Positions 27,410-40,563 of a stretch of 64,000 nt of DNA are shown here, one piece after another. A model generated the notes under the pieces. The model saw only the letters and a program-made list of their open reading frames with translations. It made no database searches and was not told where the DNA came from. Both the position numbers and the translations under genes were made by a program. Location: contig NC_043008.1 of the NCBI RefSeq assembly GCF_006345805.1, positions 38,130,001 through 38,194,000 on the forward strand, read 5' to 3'. Numbering within the stretch: position 1 is the first letter of the stretch; each line of letters opens with the position of its first letter. Source of the stretch: Octopus sinensis. Taxonomy: Eukaryota.

Positions 27410-27570
27410 TGTGTGTGTCTGTGTGTCTGTGTGTACACGTGTGTGTGTCTGTATTTGTCACCCCAATACTTGACAAGTGGCATTAACTTTGTCATGACCC
27501 CATAATTTAGCAGCTCTTCGAAAATGAAACCAGAAAAATAGAAACCAAACTTTAAAAATATAAGTACTGT

Positions 27571-27611
<41 letters not shown>

Positions 27612-28551
27612 GCAGCATCTTCATCATCATCATCATCGTTTAACGTTCGTTTTCTATGCTAGCATGGGTCGGACGGTTCGACTGGGCTAAGCTACTTACC
27701 ACATAGCATTTGTTCACTTATTCTTCATTTTCTTTTCGGAGTCATAGTTGTAACTTAAAACAATCTTTGCCATCATGGAATTATCCTTTCTGCCTTATTT
27801 TTTTTTCTTTTTAAATGTTTGAAATATAAAAAAAATTTTTTAAATAATAAAATGGTTTTATTAAATATTATCAATTAGCAATTTATATGATAAACCCTTT
27901 CACCCTTGTTTATTACACGGTATGTAAATAGGCAAAGGGTTAAAACAAAAATCTAGTCTGACTATTCCAGCGATTCCTTTATTGCTTCTAAATCTGTTAT
28001 TTTGCCAAAATTTGCTCAGAATTTTTTTGTTTACGTCTACTTTTTTCTTTTTATTTTTTTTCATTAAGATAATCTTAAGACCATCTTGTTACCATTTTTA
28101 CAAAGAAATATCCTCATTGAAGAAAAGACAACTTGAGAAAATCAAAATTTATTTGACAAGATCCTACTAAGTAGATAGTTGGGGCTAAGCTGAATGCTAT
28201 TATACAATGTGTATACGTGTGAGTGTGTGTGTGTGTGCACTTGCATGTGTGTATGTATGTATGTATGTGTGAGCATATGTGGTAACAAGAACAATATAGA
28301 CATAAAGAAAACGAAGGGTTTAATTTGTATGTCACTTCCAGGCTTTATGAAAATACCAGGAGTTTTATGATTGCAAAAACCAAAAACAGTAATTTGTTTT
28401 GTGAAAAAATGTATGTACTATAGAGAGTAAGATGTGAACTTGAGGATCTGGCAAATAACCTCAGTTGATTCCAGTTGAGACTGTCATTATAGTTTAAGTG
28501 TTTATCGTTAGAATGAATGTATTTTATTTCTTTTATAGAGAGGATTGTAGT

Positions 28552-28814
28552 GGAGGCGCGTAGCTTAGTGGTTAGGGTGTCAGCACCATGATCATAAGAT
28601 TGTGGTTTCGATTCCTGGACTGGGCAACACATTGTGTTCTTGAGCAAACCACTTCATTCCACCTTGCTCCAGTCCACTCAGCTGTCAAAAATGAGTAATG
28701 CTGCAATCGACTGGCGTCCCATCCAGCTGGGGGACACATACACCATAGAAACCGGGAAACCATGCCCACGAGCCGGGCTAGGCTTTAAAAGGGTGCATTT
28801 ATTTTTTTTTTTAC
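28552..28814 (+). mobile_element. SINE family D, full length
   Basis: Matches the 24217 copy. 13-bp TSD agagaggattgta at 28537-28549 and 28815-28827. Confidence 0.9.
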
Positions 28815-29197
28815 AGAGAGGATTGTACTTACGCTGAAGCTACATCTGGGGCATTTCATATTTTTATATTGCATGCATACACACATCAGCATTATCATTT
28901 TAACGTCATCTACTTTTCCATGATCACACTATCAGATGGCATGCATTGAGGCAAATTTTCTATGGTTGGATGCCCTCCCTGTCACCAACTATTGTCTGTT
29001 TCAACTGAAGTAATATTTTTTTCTATGAATAGTCATGCTTTTACAGATGACTGAAAACAAGGGATACAATACTTATATGATGGTACCTCCTTTTATTACT
29101 ATATCATGATGTCTAGACAAGGGAACTCTACATACATTCCTATGTATGTGTATATATATATATATATATATACATACATACACGCATACATATATAT

Positions 29198-29603
29198 AGG
29201 AGTGGCTGTGTGGTAAGTAGCTTGCTTACTAACCACATGGTTCAAGGTTCAGTCCCACTGCGTGGTAGCTTGGGTAAGTATCTTTTACTGTAGCCTAAGG
29301 CCAAGCAAAGCCTTGTGAGTGGATTTGGTAGATGGAAAGAAGCCCATCATATATATGGATATGTATATATGTGTGTGTGTTTGTGTGTATGTGTTTCCCC
29401 CCACCCCCCACCCCAACATTGCTTGACAACTGATGTTTGTGTGTTTACATCCCCGTAACTTAGCGGTTTGGTAAGCATACAGACCGATAGAATAAGTACT
29501 AGGCTTACAAAGAATAAGTCCTGGAGTTGATTTCCTCGACTAAAGGCGGTGCTCCAGCATAGCCACAGTCAAATGACTGAAACAAGTAAAAGAATAAAAG
29601 AAT
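29198..29603 (+). mobile_element. SINE family A
   Basis: aggagtggctgtgtggtaagtagc ... gactgaaacaagtaaaagaataaaagaat. Confidence 0.9.
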
Positions 29604-29610
29604 ACATATA

Positions 29611-29648
<38 letters not shown>

Positions 29649-29651
29649 CAA

Positions 29652-29682
<31 letters not shown>

Positions 29683-30189
29683 GCTTTAGAAGCATAGTAC
29701 TCAACAAAACTGATGGTGTTTATTTTTGTCTCCTAACAGTAATTCTCAGTATTTTCACTTCAAGATGTGCTCCATTTCTTCTTGTGCTGTATTCTGTTTC
29801 CTTTCAGTTATCCTTTTTTTAACTGGAGCCCTGCTTCTTTTCATTCTTGTTCTCTGTTACCATTTGGCAGCACTTCTTTTTTTTTTTCTTTTCAGTTCAT
29901 ATCAATCATTGACAACATCTTTTCGATAACTTTCATCCTCTTTCTGCTCATCAAAGTCAACCAATTTCTTTGTGACTTCAAATTCTTCAACTGTTTGACA
30001 TGCAGTTTATCTGTTGTATATTTGAAAAGTTATCTCTCAGCTTCCTCACACTTATGCTTAGGGTCTCTTACTCTTCTTCATTATTCATAGTAACTAACTC
30101 TAATGCAAACCCTTCATTCTTCCCATATTTCTCTCTGTTCCTCTTTCTCTCTCTTGGCCTCTCTGTGCATATATATGCTTATATATATA

Positions 30190-30317
<128 letters not shown>

Positions 30318-33300
30318 TTATATATATGTATATATATTTCTAGATTCCTACTGATTTGTGTGCGTGTATATGTATTATTAACAACAGAAGAAAGAAGATT
30401 CTGTAACATTCACACTGTTTTATATAATAGATATTAATAAGTTATGTAAACTAAAAAAAAGCTTCAAGGCAATTATAGTATGGAATTGGTCTTCAAGGTA
30501 GTTAATATCAAACAACTGTGTGTGTGTAGTTCCTTCTCTTATTTTTCTAAGTTAAAATTTTTCCTGCCATTTTCCTTTATCAACCAATGCCTTCTTCATA
30601 TAAAGACGCTTCAATATCATAAACAAATCTCTCTCTCTCTCACACACTATTTAAATCTTTATCATTTTTTTCTACTATTCACTTATTCTCTTATATCCTT
30701 TATTTTATCTTGCTCCTTCTTTAATTCTCCCTTTTTGTTGCTCTATCTTTCTTCTTTCCATTTCACTTCAAACTACTGGTGTCTCTGCATCTGTTGTTCT
30801 TCCAACACTGCTTAAAATGAACTACTATCCTTACCTAACTGCCTTTCTTACTTGATAGCTAAACTAATCTATTACTCCTTATCTCTCTGGCTGTTTCCTT
30901 CTCTCTTACTACGTAAATTGTTTATCTATATCTTTCTAACCCACCTCTCCTTATAATACTTAATTTTTCTCTCTTCTAGCTCTTTCAGCAGAGTCACTAC
31001 TTTCTCCTTCTACATTGCTACAGTGTTACAGAAAGTGAGGAAATAAAAGGTGGCATGGTGTGTGACTTGGCAGTCTATAACATTGATAATGCATGTGTGT
31101 ATATTTAGAGATGTTGTACTTTATATTTCTTCAAAAAAATTTGGAAAATCATAATACCATTAACCTTTTAGCATTGAAACTAATCTTATGCAACTGCCAT
31201 ATATATATATAGTATTATTTCTTTAAACTGACTGAAATCCACTTCGTTTTGTGCATTGCGCTATCATACTCCAACAAACCCCATCAAATCACACAAGAAG
31301 TAATGTTGTTGACTATGTGGAGATAGCTATGATTAATACAATATAAGCATTGATTCTTCTCATAGGCATATAGACTCAGATTTATTAATGAGAGGAGGAA
31401 GAAGATTCCATGACATTCATGCTACGTCGTATGAAAGATACTAATAAGATAAGTAAAATCAACTGGCTTCAATGCAATCACATTATGGATTTAGCTTTCC
31501 TAGCAGTTAATTCCAAACGACAATGCTTGCAGCTGTGAAGAGTATTAGCAATATAACTGGAATGAAATGGCTTCATCAGGAAATCAAAACCTTTGCATGC
31601 TCCTAGTTTGCCTGAAGCTTAAACCAACATTCCACTGTTTGCCACTTAATTATACAAATATTGGAAAACATCAAATGTAAAAGCTGGTAGTTGAAGGGAT
31701 AATATCTTCTATGACTTTTATTTGTTTACTAAATAGACATCAAATATAACCTGACTACGACTGTGTGGTGTTGAGGTTGATGTGGGTTACAGTAGTGATG
31801 GTGGTGATGATGATGGTGATGGTGGTGATGGTAACGGTGGTGATGGTGGTGGTGGTGATGGGTTCCTTAATCTCTTGACCCTCTGGACTCTCAGAGTATC
31901 ACAGGAAAGAATATTTTCATGGGCTTTTAAATCCTTGCCTAAATTAAATTTGCTTTTGGATTTGAACTTAGTAATTAATAAGCTAATGACTATCGTATTA
32001 ATTTGCAAAGTATCTCACTGTTTTAATTAGTTCAAATTATCTTAGCCATTAAAATTCATTCACAGTCAAATGAACGAAACTAAGGAGCTGTTACCAATGA
32101 CACAGAACTTTGTAAGTGAAATGAGGAAATAAGAACTTTTATTACATTGCCTCTGTCCAACACCAACACACTACCAATATGGCCAATGACCCAACTACTT
32201 CTCAGCCAAGTAGTTTCTGGTTCATTCTCATAACTCAGCACCAAGATCAAGTGTCTTTTTCTATAGTCCAAGGCTGACCACCTAGTGAGTGGATTAAGTA
32301 GATGAAAACTGAAGGAAGTCACAACCCATGCCATGGACATTGGGCGTTAAATGATGATGATGATGATGATATATACATATATATATATACACACACACAT
32401 GCATACAAACACATGTGTATAGATGTGTTGCATGTGTGTGTGTGTGTGTGTGTGTGTTGTGTGTGTGTGTGTGTAGGTGTGTGTGCATGTGTGTACTTGT
32501 TTATGTCTTCACTTCTCCAAAAGTCTCTAATCTACAGAATGGACATTGTCGCTGTTTCCCCTAGCAACAAATCATCCACTGGCTTAGTATTTTTCAAAGA
32601 TATGTAGAATAAGAGATCTTTCACTTGAAAAACAGATAATGGTTAGCAATAGGAAATGACATTTGCCTGTAAAACGTTGTGAATAATATATTCATCTAAT
32701 TCTTGCCAGCATGGCAAAACAGTTGTGTAAATGAATGAAAGAGAAAACAAACAAAAATACAATTTATATCAGGAATTAACAATAGCAGAAACACAGAGTA
32801 TTTAAGCTTTTGTTGTGTAGCTTCATGCTGAGACCAACATCAACCATATTTTATAAGGTCAATGATGACATCATAAGCAGATGGTCAGATGCTAGTGAGT
32901 TATGTGTATAAAATATATTGACAGCCTTACAACTTGACTTGTGTTAATTAAACTGCAGCATATTAATGCATTTGTGATTGCTAAGAATACATATAATAAT
33001 ACGTGTCTGACATTATGCAAACTGAGATTGATGGTTATCTAAAGACGCGTTCATTTTCCTTAATTCAAATTTACTATACCATCTGTCATATGTGTATTTA
33101 TGGTAAGTAGACAGACAAGATAGAAAGATAGATAGATAGATATAAACAGAGAGATGAGGGCTAATAGAAGGCAGATAGATATAGTCGAATACATAGATAG
33201 ATAACAGGCTTACATATATAGATAGACTGAAAGATAGATGAACAGATGGACAAGTATATCAATATACAAATATGTAATATATATCAATGCTTGGTTCATA

Positions 33301-33490
33301 TTAATTATTATGCATTAGAATATACACCATTACAATCTAGCCAGTTCCTGCTTTGTTTACATGGATAATGAAACAAGGATTTGGAGGGGGATGTTTTACT
33401 GGAGCCAAGTCAAAAAGGTCTGGTTAGGTGTATAACATATCTCTCTCTTTCATTTTTTTTCTCTGTATATCCAGATATATTCATATTCCC

Positions 33491-33558
<68 letters not shown>

Positions 33559-34794
33559 CAAAAACTGCAGTAGAGATCAATAAAGCATCTGGACAGATAG
33601 ATGATATGAAAGTGGACAGGAAAAACAAGAAATAGAGGTACAGGATAAAAAGACAGCTCATTCGTGGCCTTCTTTCATCAGTCAAGTTTCCAGATAGTCA
33701 TTACAGTTTCGGGCAGTTACATTTGGGACTGTTCAAATCTGGTTGCCCACCCAAAAGTCTAAGCTAAGAGCATTAGATTTTTTTGTAAGAAAGTAAATGA
33801 ATGTGTACAAGAACAAAGACCAAAAAAATAAAGAAATCAAGAGAACATATTACACAATTACAAATACAAACAACAAGAATATAGCAACAGGTGCCTTTTG
33901 ACTAATGAGTATGAGTCAAATTGTGCAGGTGTGTATAAATTGTAAGCCTTGAAGCAGGAACGACGTTGGTAGTCGACTGTCAAGCCAAGAAAGAAAGTTC
34001 ATGGCTGGCTGAACAGCAGTCACATGAAGGAAGGAGAGAGAGGTAGGGGCAGAGGGATTGAAGGATTAGGGGAAGAACAGGAAAGAGAGAAGAAAGAGAA
34101 AGATACAAGGGAAATAAACGAAAAAGAAAAGTAGGAATTAAAGAAAGAGAGGGCCAAGAAATGTGAGAGGGGAGGAGCGAGAAAAAGAATAGAGGAAGAA
34201 AGTATGAGGGAGACTAAAAGACAGAGTAAAAGAATCAAACAAATTTAGATAGATACTTACTTAGAAGGTGAACAAAAGTGTACATATAACACACACACAC
34301 ACATATATATTACATGAATATTAACATAAGAACAGGTGCACTAAATCTCTGCATGTCATAATAAGAGATGGCTAAAAGAGATAACAGGGTGACAACAAAG
34401 AGGGGGGGCATCTGGTCATGAAGGCTAGGTCCAACCCACATAGACATAAAATGAAAATGAGAAGAGGTATGAGGAAGAGGAGAGGTATGAGAGGGTAATG
34501 TGGAAAAGTGGTGGAGGAGGTCGTGGTGACAACTCTGATAGTGACACTGACAATTCTATCAACAGCAGTGATGTGGGGGGGAGGGGGCGCAATGATGATG
34601 ATAATAGACTGGGAGATTAGCAGATAGCTATACTGATAATAAACAAGCAGCTAGACAGATTTCCCTAACACACATACACACACACACACATACATGCAAG
34701 ATGGCTGGATGAATGAATGTATGGAGAGATAGGCTGATAGATATAGAAAGAGAGAAAGAGATAGATAGAAAGATAGAAATAGATAGAGAGAGAT

Positions 34795-35101
<307 letters not shown>

Positions 35102-35759
35102 GGGTATTTTATTTTCCTGATATTAAATTCGAAGTAGTATTTTTTAAAACAAAAGGTTCCTAACACAAACAAAAAGAAAAGACATTCTATGTTATTTAGT
35201 ACACAGCGAATGTAAAAAGAACAAAACAAAACAAAAGATAAAATTAGAAAGAACAAGAAAAGAAAAGCAAATAGCAAGATTTCAGAAAGGAAATTATAGA
35301 CTGAGAAGTTGAACAAACAAGATTCAATCAAATATTAATGTATTAAATTAGACAGATAATCAAAAAAGATAATAATGTTCTTAGCTTCTTCAAGAGACCT
35401 GATACATGGGAAATAGAAGAAAAGGAGAGCTGGGAGAATTGTATGGAGAGAGAGAGATGGGTGGATGGTGGTGGAAGGAGGAAGAATCACTCCATGCTAT
35501 GGAAAGAGAGCAAAAAAGAGAGCAAGAGGGAGGGAGAAAGAACAAGAGAGAGAGAGAAGGAGGGAGAAAGAATAAGGGAGAGAGAGAGAGGGGGGAAACA
35601 AAGAGGAAGAACAAGGGGATGATAGAGAAAGAAAGAGAGTAGAACAAACTAGAAACTTAACAAAAATGTGTTCCATGAACATTAATATTTCAGCTTGTAT
35701 TATTTTTATTGCACAATATATGCATGTGTGTTTGTGTGTGTATATATATATATATATAT

Positions 35760-35792
<33 letters not shown>

Positions 35793-35797
35793 GTATG

Positions 35798-35848
<51 letters not shown>

Positions 35849-35871
35849 TATATACATACATACACATTTAT

Positions 35872-35938
<67 letters not shown>

Positions 35939-35946
35939 ATATATAT

Positions 35947-35990
<44 letters not shown>

Positions 35991-36850
35991 TATATGGTTA
36001 TTTCTGCTTGATGAGTAGTATATATTTTTTATGTTTTAAACAAAACATTCCCCTTCTAACAAAGTGTTTTTTAAGCAAAATGGTGTACCAGCGATGTGAT
36101 ACTGGCTTTTGATCATTCATCTAGGTCAGCAGCTATACCACTATCGAGTTGACCAGTTCTGACCCTGGAGTCATTAGTGGTTCCAGATGTTTCTTCGTTT
36201 ATTGTAATTAATCAGTAATGTAGCATTTATTTACAAAACCAGATTTAGCATCACTCTCTGCCTCTCTTCCTCTCTCTCTCTCTCTCTCTCTCTCCCTCTC
36301 TCTCTCCCTCTCTTCCTCTCCCTCTCAATCTAATTTCTTCAGTTATTAAGTGTAAAGAAACACCAACCAGCAATGGATTTCGTCAATCATGACATCAGAT
36401 GCAACAAGTTCAATAATAGTAATAAATGTACTTGCATTTATTCCATACACATTATTCGTATTCTTCTCATCATCTCTTATTTATTTATATATTTATTTAT
36501 ATTTATAAATATCATTTTTCTTTTTTTCTTTTGGCAGCAGAAATGTTACAGCAGTGGATAGAATACTTTGTAATATTTAATTATTTTCCTCTGTGATATG
36601 AGTTCAAATCCCACTGCATTCAACTTTGCCTTTCATCCTTTGGGATCAATAATATACAGTATGAGTGAAGCCCTACAGAGAATGGTATTCTCTAAGCACT
36701 CCCACATTTTGTTGGCTTCTTGCCTAAATTGCAAAAAGGTTAGATAGTATTTTATCATTATCATTATTATGATTGCAGCGTGGAAGGTGTTTATAAGCCA
36801 ATTAAGAAACACACAAAAAACGTTAGATTCACTTCAACATTTAGATTTAA

Positions 36851-36901
36851 TTTGCCAAAATATTTTCGTCGCTTTGAGACCGTGACCTGTTCACTGACAA
36901 A
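36851..36901 (-). ncRNA. Candidate minimal type I hammerhead ribozyme, G3:C8 variant
   Basis: Minus strand UUUGUCA-GUGAACA-G-GUCAC(GGUCUCAAA)GCGAC-GAAA-AUAUUU-UGGCAAA. 7-bp stem I, stem II with one mismatch, palindromic AAUAUU helix III. Confidence 0.5.
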
Positions 36902-36944
36902 TGCAGCACGGAATTTTGGTGGTATGTTCTTTTCATGTTCCAAA

Positions 36945-37450
36945 TTCTTGAGAGAAACTCCTTGCACTGTTTTCTGGGCATGCTTAATTTTTCATTCTTA
37001 TGCTTACCTTTTGGAACCATTTCTTAATTTCTTTCCTCACCAAGGCACCAAAAATGCTTCACACAATGTACTTCTTATTATTCCTCTCTTCTGAGCCTCG
37101 TATCTCAACACTTTTTCCCCCACTTCTTTTTCGGTGGTTCTTTTGACCCTAAGGCAGATGATGTCTTTGACAAAGCATGATTTTTCTCCTTTGTCTGTCA
37201 GCAGAATATCAGGTTTCTGACTTTTGATTCCATGATCACATTGGATCACAACATCCCAAAGTTATCTTTACCCTGTCTTTTTCCACAAATACCCTTTGGC
37301 TCATGTCTCATATTCATACCAGTTTCTTGCCTTTTCCAATCCAAGCTTGTTACACAGTTCCCAGTGAACCATTCATCTGGCATTGTCTTACCTTCTCTTG
37401 TATTCTGAGTCAATTTGTTGTATTCACTTATATATACTGCACTGTTTTCA
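36945..37450 (-). mobile_element. Decayed fragment of an RLE-type non-LTR retrotransposon (R4/Dong-like): end of Zn knuckle plus PD-(D/E)xK nuclease
   Basis: Frameshifted minus-strand translation gives EYKRR*DN, MVHWELCNKLGLEKARNWYE, LWDVVIQCDHGIKSQKPDILLTDKGEKSCFVKDI and FGALG-like remnants, matching the RHD...HW...WY...WD..IQ.D....KPDI signature. Confidence 0.8.
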
Positions 37451-37489
37451 ACCAACTGTTAAAACTATGATGTTAATGATGATGACAAA

Positions 37490-37521
<32 letters not shown>

Positions 37522-37874
37522 GGAGGAGGAGGAGGAGAGGAGGGTTGATTAGCTGCAAAATCTATCACTCAGCTGATCCAGACAACTCATTTGCTGAGAA
37601 GTAAATCATACCCACTAAATTATATTGCGTATCACAAGGAGCAAACACTTTGAAAATGACTCCTTAAATACACCACATATGCATATTTTGGCTGTTGGGA
37701 AAAATTCTTTGGTTTGCACTGAATATCTCTTCCTGAGACATTATGTAACCATTTGGTAAAATTCAATTCCAGGCCAAGCCACAATATTACCAATTCTGAA
37801 GATTATCTAAATCACATAATTCTCTTTATTTTGCACTGATTTCCCTCATTTTGTGTCATATTTCATATCACAGC

Positions 37875-37934
<60 letters not shown>

Positions 37935-37937
37935 CTT

Positions 37938-37972
<35 letters not shown>

Positions 37973-37974
<2 letters not shown>

Positions 37975-38242
37975 TTATATATAGAGGGCATTATACATAC
38001 ATGCCAGAAGGCATTATACATACAAGCCACACGCTAAGAGGGACAATTAGTCATTTCTACCAAAAATATTACTAATCCCACCGAATGCAATTTTTCAAAG
38101 TAAGACATTTCTTACTTTGAAAAATTGCATTCGGTGGGATTAGTAATATTTTTGGTAGAAATGACTAATTGTCCCTCTTAGCGTGTGGCTTGTATGTATA
38201 ATGCCTTCTGGCATGTATGTATAATGCCCTCTATATATAAAT
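37973..38242. repeat. Near-perfect 270-bp palindrome
   Basis: Arms compared base by base are identical except one central mismatch (38106 vs 38109). Centre lies between 38107 and 38108. Confidence 0.97.
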
Positions 38243-38384
38243 TAATATGTTCAATAAGAAATAATTATTTTCGAAATTTTTTCTCTTATGAGGTTTTCAC
38301 GCTATCTACCTGACAATTTCTTGTTAAGTTTTCCTTATTAAGTAGTTGTCCTTAATTGCTATATATATATATATATATATATAT

Positions 38385-38600
38385 ACTCTTTTACTCTTTT
38401 ACTTGTTTCAGTCATTTGACTGTGGCCATGCTGGAGCACCGCCTTTAGTCGAGCAAATCGACCCCGGGACCTATTCTTTGTAAGCCCAGTACTTATTCTA
38501 TCGGTCTCTTTTGCCGAACCGCTAAGTGACGGGGACATAAACACACCAGCATCGGTTGTCAAGTAATGCTAGGGGGACAAACACAGACACACAAACACAC
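38385..38600 (-). mobile_element. SINE family A, 3' half
   Basis: tactcttttactcttttacttgtttcagtcatttgactgtggccatgctggagcaccgcc... Confidence 0.9.
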
Positions 38601-38663
38601 ACACACATACATATATATATAATATCATTATCTATATATCTATAATTATATATATATATATAT

Positions 38664-39215
38664 AGCAATATCAAAGGCAGGTTAACCAGGAAGATAGCTT
38701 TTGTGCATGGAAGATGCACAGGGGCAATAAATACACTGAAGATGTACAGAAACAGACTCCATCACATGCCAGGGGGAAAAACTAGAAGTAGTTGATCACT
38801 TCTGCTACCTAGATGACCAAGTCTGTCGTGAGGGTAGATGCTCTGAGAGTGTTGCCACTAGAATAAGAATAGCCTGGGCAACTAAGGGTCTCTCACTCAG
38901 GATGAAAGGTAGACTGTATGATGCATGTGTGCAAACTGCCATGCTACATGGCAGTGAAACATAGGCCATGACTGCTGAGGACATGTGTAGGCTTGAAAGA
39001 AATGAAGCTAGTATGATCTGCTGGATGTGCAATGTCAGTGTGCATACACGACAGAGTGTGAGCACCCTGAGAAAAAAGTTGGACATAAGAAGCATCAACT
39101 GTGATGTTCAAGAGTGATGACTGCACTGGTATGGTCATGTGTTATGTATGGATGAGGATAGCTGTGTGAGGAAGTGCCTCACGGTAGCTGTGGAAGAGGT
39201 AGACCCAGGAAGACA
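38664..39215 (+). mobile_element. Decayed RTE-clade LINE ORF fragment (late RT and C-terminal region)
   Basis: From 38761 in one frame: ITCQGEKLEVVDHFCYLDDQVCREGRCSESVATRIRIAWATKGLSLRMKGRLYDACVQTAMLHGSET*AMTAEDMCRLERNEASMICWMCNV...LHWYGHVL, and a terminal RGRPRKT remnant. Contains stops and frameshifts. Confidence 0.9.
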
Positions 39216-39450
39216 AATAAAACCAAAACCAAAATCGTAGCTGTGGCCAGGTCTCCTGTGCTGGTAGCATGTAAAAAGCATTCATTACATTCTCGGAGTG
39301 GTTGGCATTAGGAAGGGCATCCAGCTGTAGAAACATTGCCAGATCAGATTGAAGCCTGGACCAGCCAGCTGCTGGCTTTCCAGACCTCAGTCAAACCTGA
39401 CCCATGACAGCATGGAAAACGGACGTTGAACAATGTTGATGATGATGATA
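39216..39450 (+). mobile_element. Family F retroposon 3' end
   Basis: ggagtggttggcattaggaagggcatccagctgtagaaac...catggaaaacggacgttgaacaatgttgatgatgatga. Confidence 0.8.
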
Positions 39451-39553
39451 TATATATATGTATATACGTATATGTATATATATATATGTGTGTATAAATA
39501 TATATATATATATATATTATATATATACATATATATATATGTGTATATATATA

Positions 39554-39593
<40 letters not shown>

Positions 39594-39625
39594 CATATAT
39601 GTATACATATACATATATGTATATA

Positions 39626-39656
<31 letters not shown>

Positions 39657-39701
39657 CTATATATATATATATATACATATATGTATACATATACATATAT
39701 G

Positions 39702-39739
<38 letters not shown>

Positions 39740-39823
39740 ATTCGAGACAAAACCACTATTTTAAAACCAAACAAGGAAAGACTTAATCAATACATAAAAT
39801 TTTAATATAAATTAAATAAACCG

Positions 39824-39867
39824 CCACTACAAATGTTTCATGTCTGCTACCGACAATCTTCAGGTGG
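39824..39867 (-). ncRNA. Mirror copy of the candidate hammerhead on the minus strand
   Basis: Exact reverse complement of 39905-39948 within the left IR arm. Confidence 0.6.
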
Positions 39868-39904
39868 ATTTTCGATCTTCTAATCAGTATCAAATTTTGA
39901 AAAT

Positions 39905-39948
39905 CCACCTGAAGATTGTCGGTAGCAGACATGAAACATTTGTAGTGG
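39905..39948 (+). ncRNA. Candidate minimal type I hammerhead ribozyme (canonical core)
   Basis: CCAC-CUGAAGA-UUGUC(GGUAGCA)GACAU-GAAAC(AUUU)GUA-GUGG. Predicted cleavage after 39944. 10.1/11.1 is U.U rather than G-C. Confidence 0.6.
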
Positions 39949-40139
39949 CGGTTTATTTAATTTATATTAAAATTTTATGTATTGATTAAGTCTTTCCTGT
40001 TTGGTTTTAAAATAGTGGTTTTGTCTCGAATTATATTATATAATATTTTACTATAAAATTGGATTTAACCCTAAATCTGATTTTTCCCTGTAATTTTGGA
40101 TTCATTCCCTAATATTTATTATTATATATATATTATATA

Positions 40140-40227
<88 letters not shown>

Positions 40228-40248
40228 ATATATATATATATATACACA

Positions 40249-40281
<33 letters not shown>

Positions 40282-40506
40282 GTGTGTGTGTGTGTATGTT
40301 TGTATGTGTGAGTGCATGTACATGGATATGTTTAAGCGCATACATAAAGTGCTTAAACGTTTTTATAACTTTTGTTTAAATGAGAAAATTCTGTTGTACC
40401 AATTAGTTGCTATTTTATCTTAATTAAACCTATTTCATATATTGCTTCTGTCATGAATTGAAGCCACAAGGAATAGGTGTATGCTTGTGTGTCTGCATGC
40501 GTGCAT

Positions 40507-40563
<57 letters not shown>

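Larger units (their letters stand above)
39729..40042. repeat. Inverted repeat, 145/144-bp arms, 25-nt spacer (Penelope-like terminal structure)
   Basis: Arms 39729-39873 and 39899-40042 are identical except a 1-nt indel. Left flank is a (TA)n array; another follows ~80 bp to the right. Confidence 0.95.

Noticed and set aside
29760-30110. Purine-rich minus-strand region resembling a decayed LINE ORF1 coiled coil
   Set aside because: Multiple stops and no diagnostic motif; cannot be supported without a search.
33880-34020. CpG-containing stretch with a minus-strand polypyrimidine acceptor
   Set aside because: No Ig-like or other recognisable peptide and no donor in any phase.
38245-38310. 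GAAA plus palindromic AUAAUUAU on the minus strand next to the 270-bp palindrome, hinting at a hammerhead
   Set aside because: No recognisable NUGANNA core or stem II upstream.
38735-38760. CTGAAGA...GAAAC motif
   Set aside because: Lies within the RTE coding remnant; no NUH or stem I closure; chance match.
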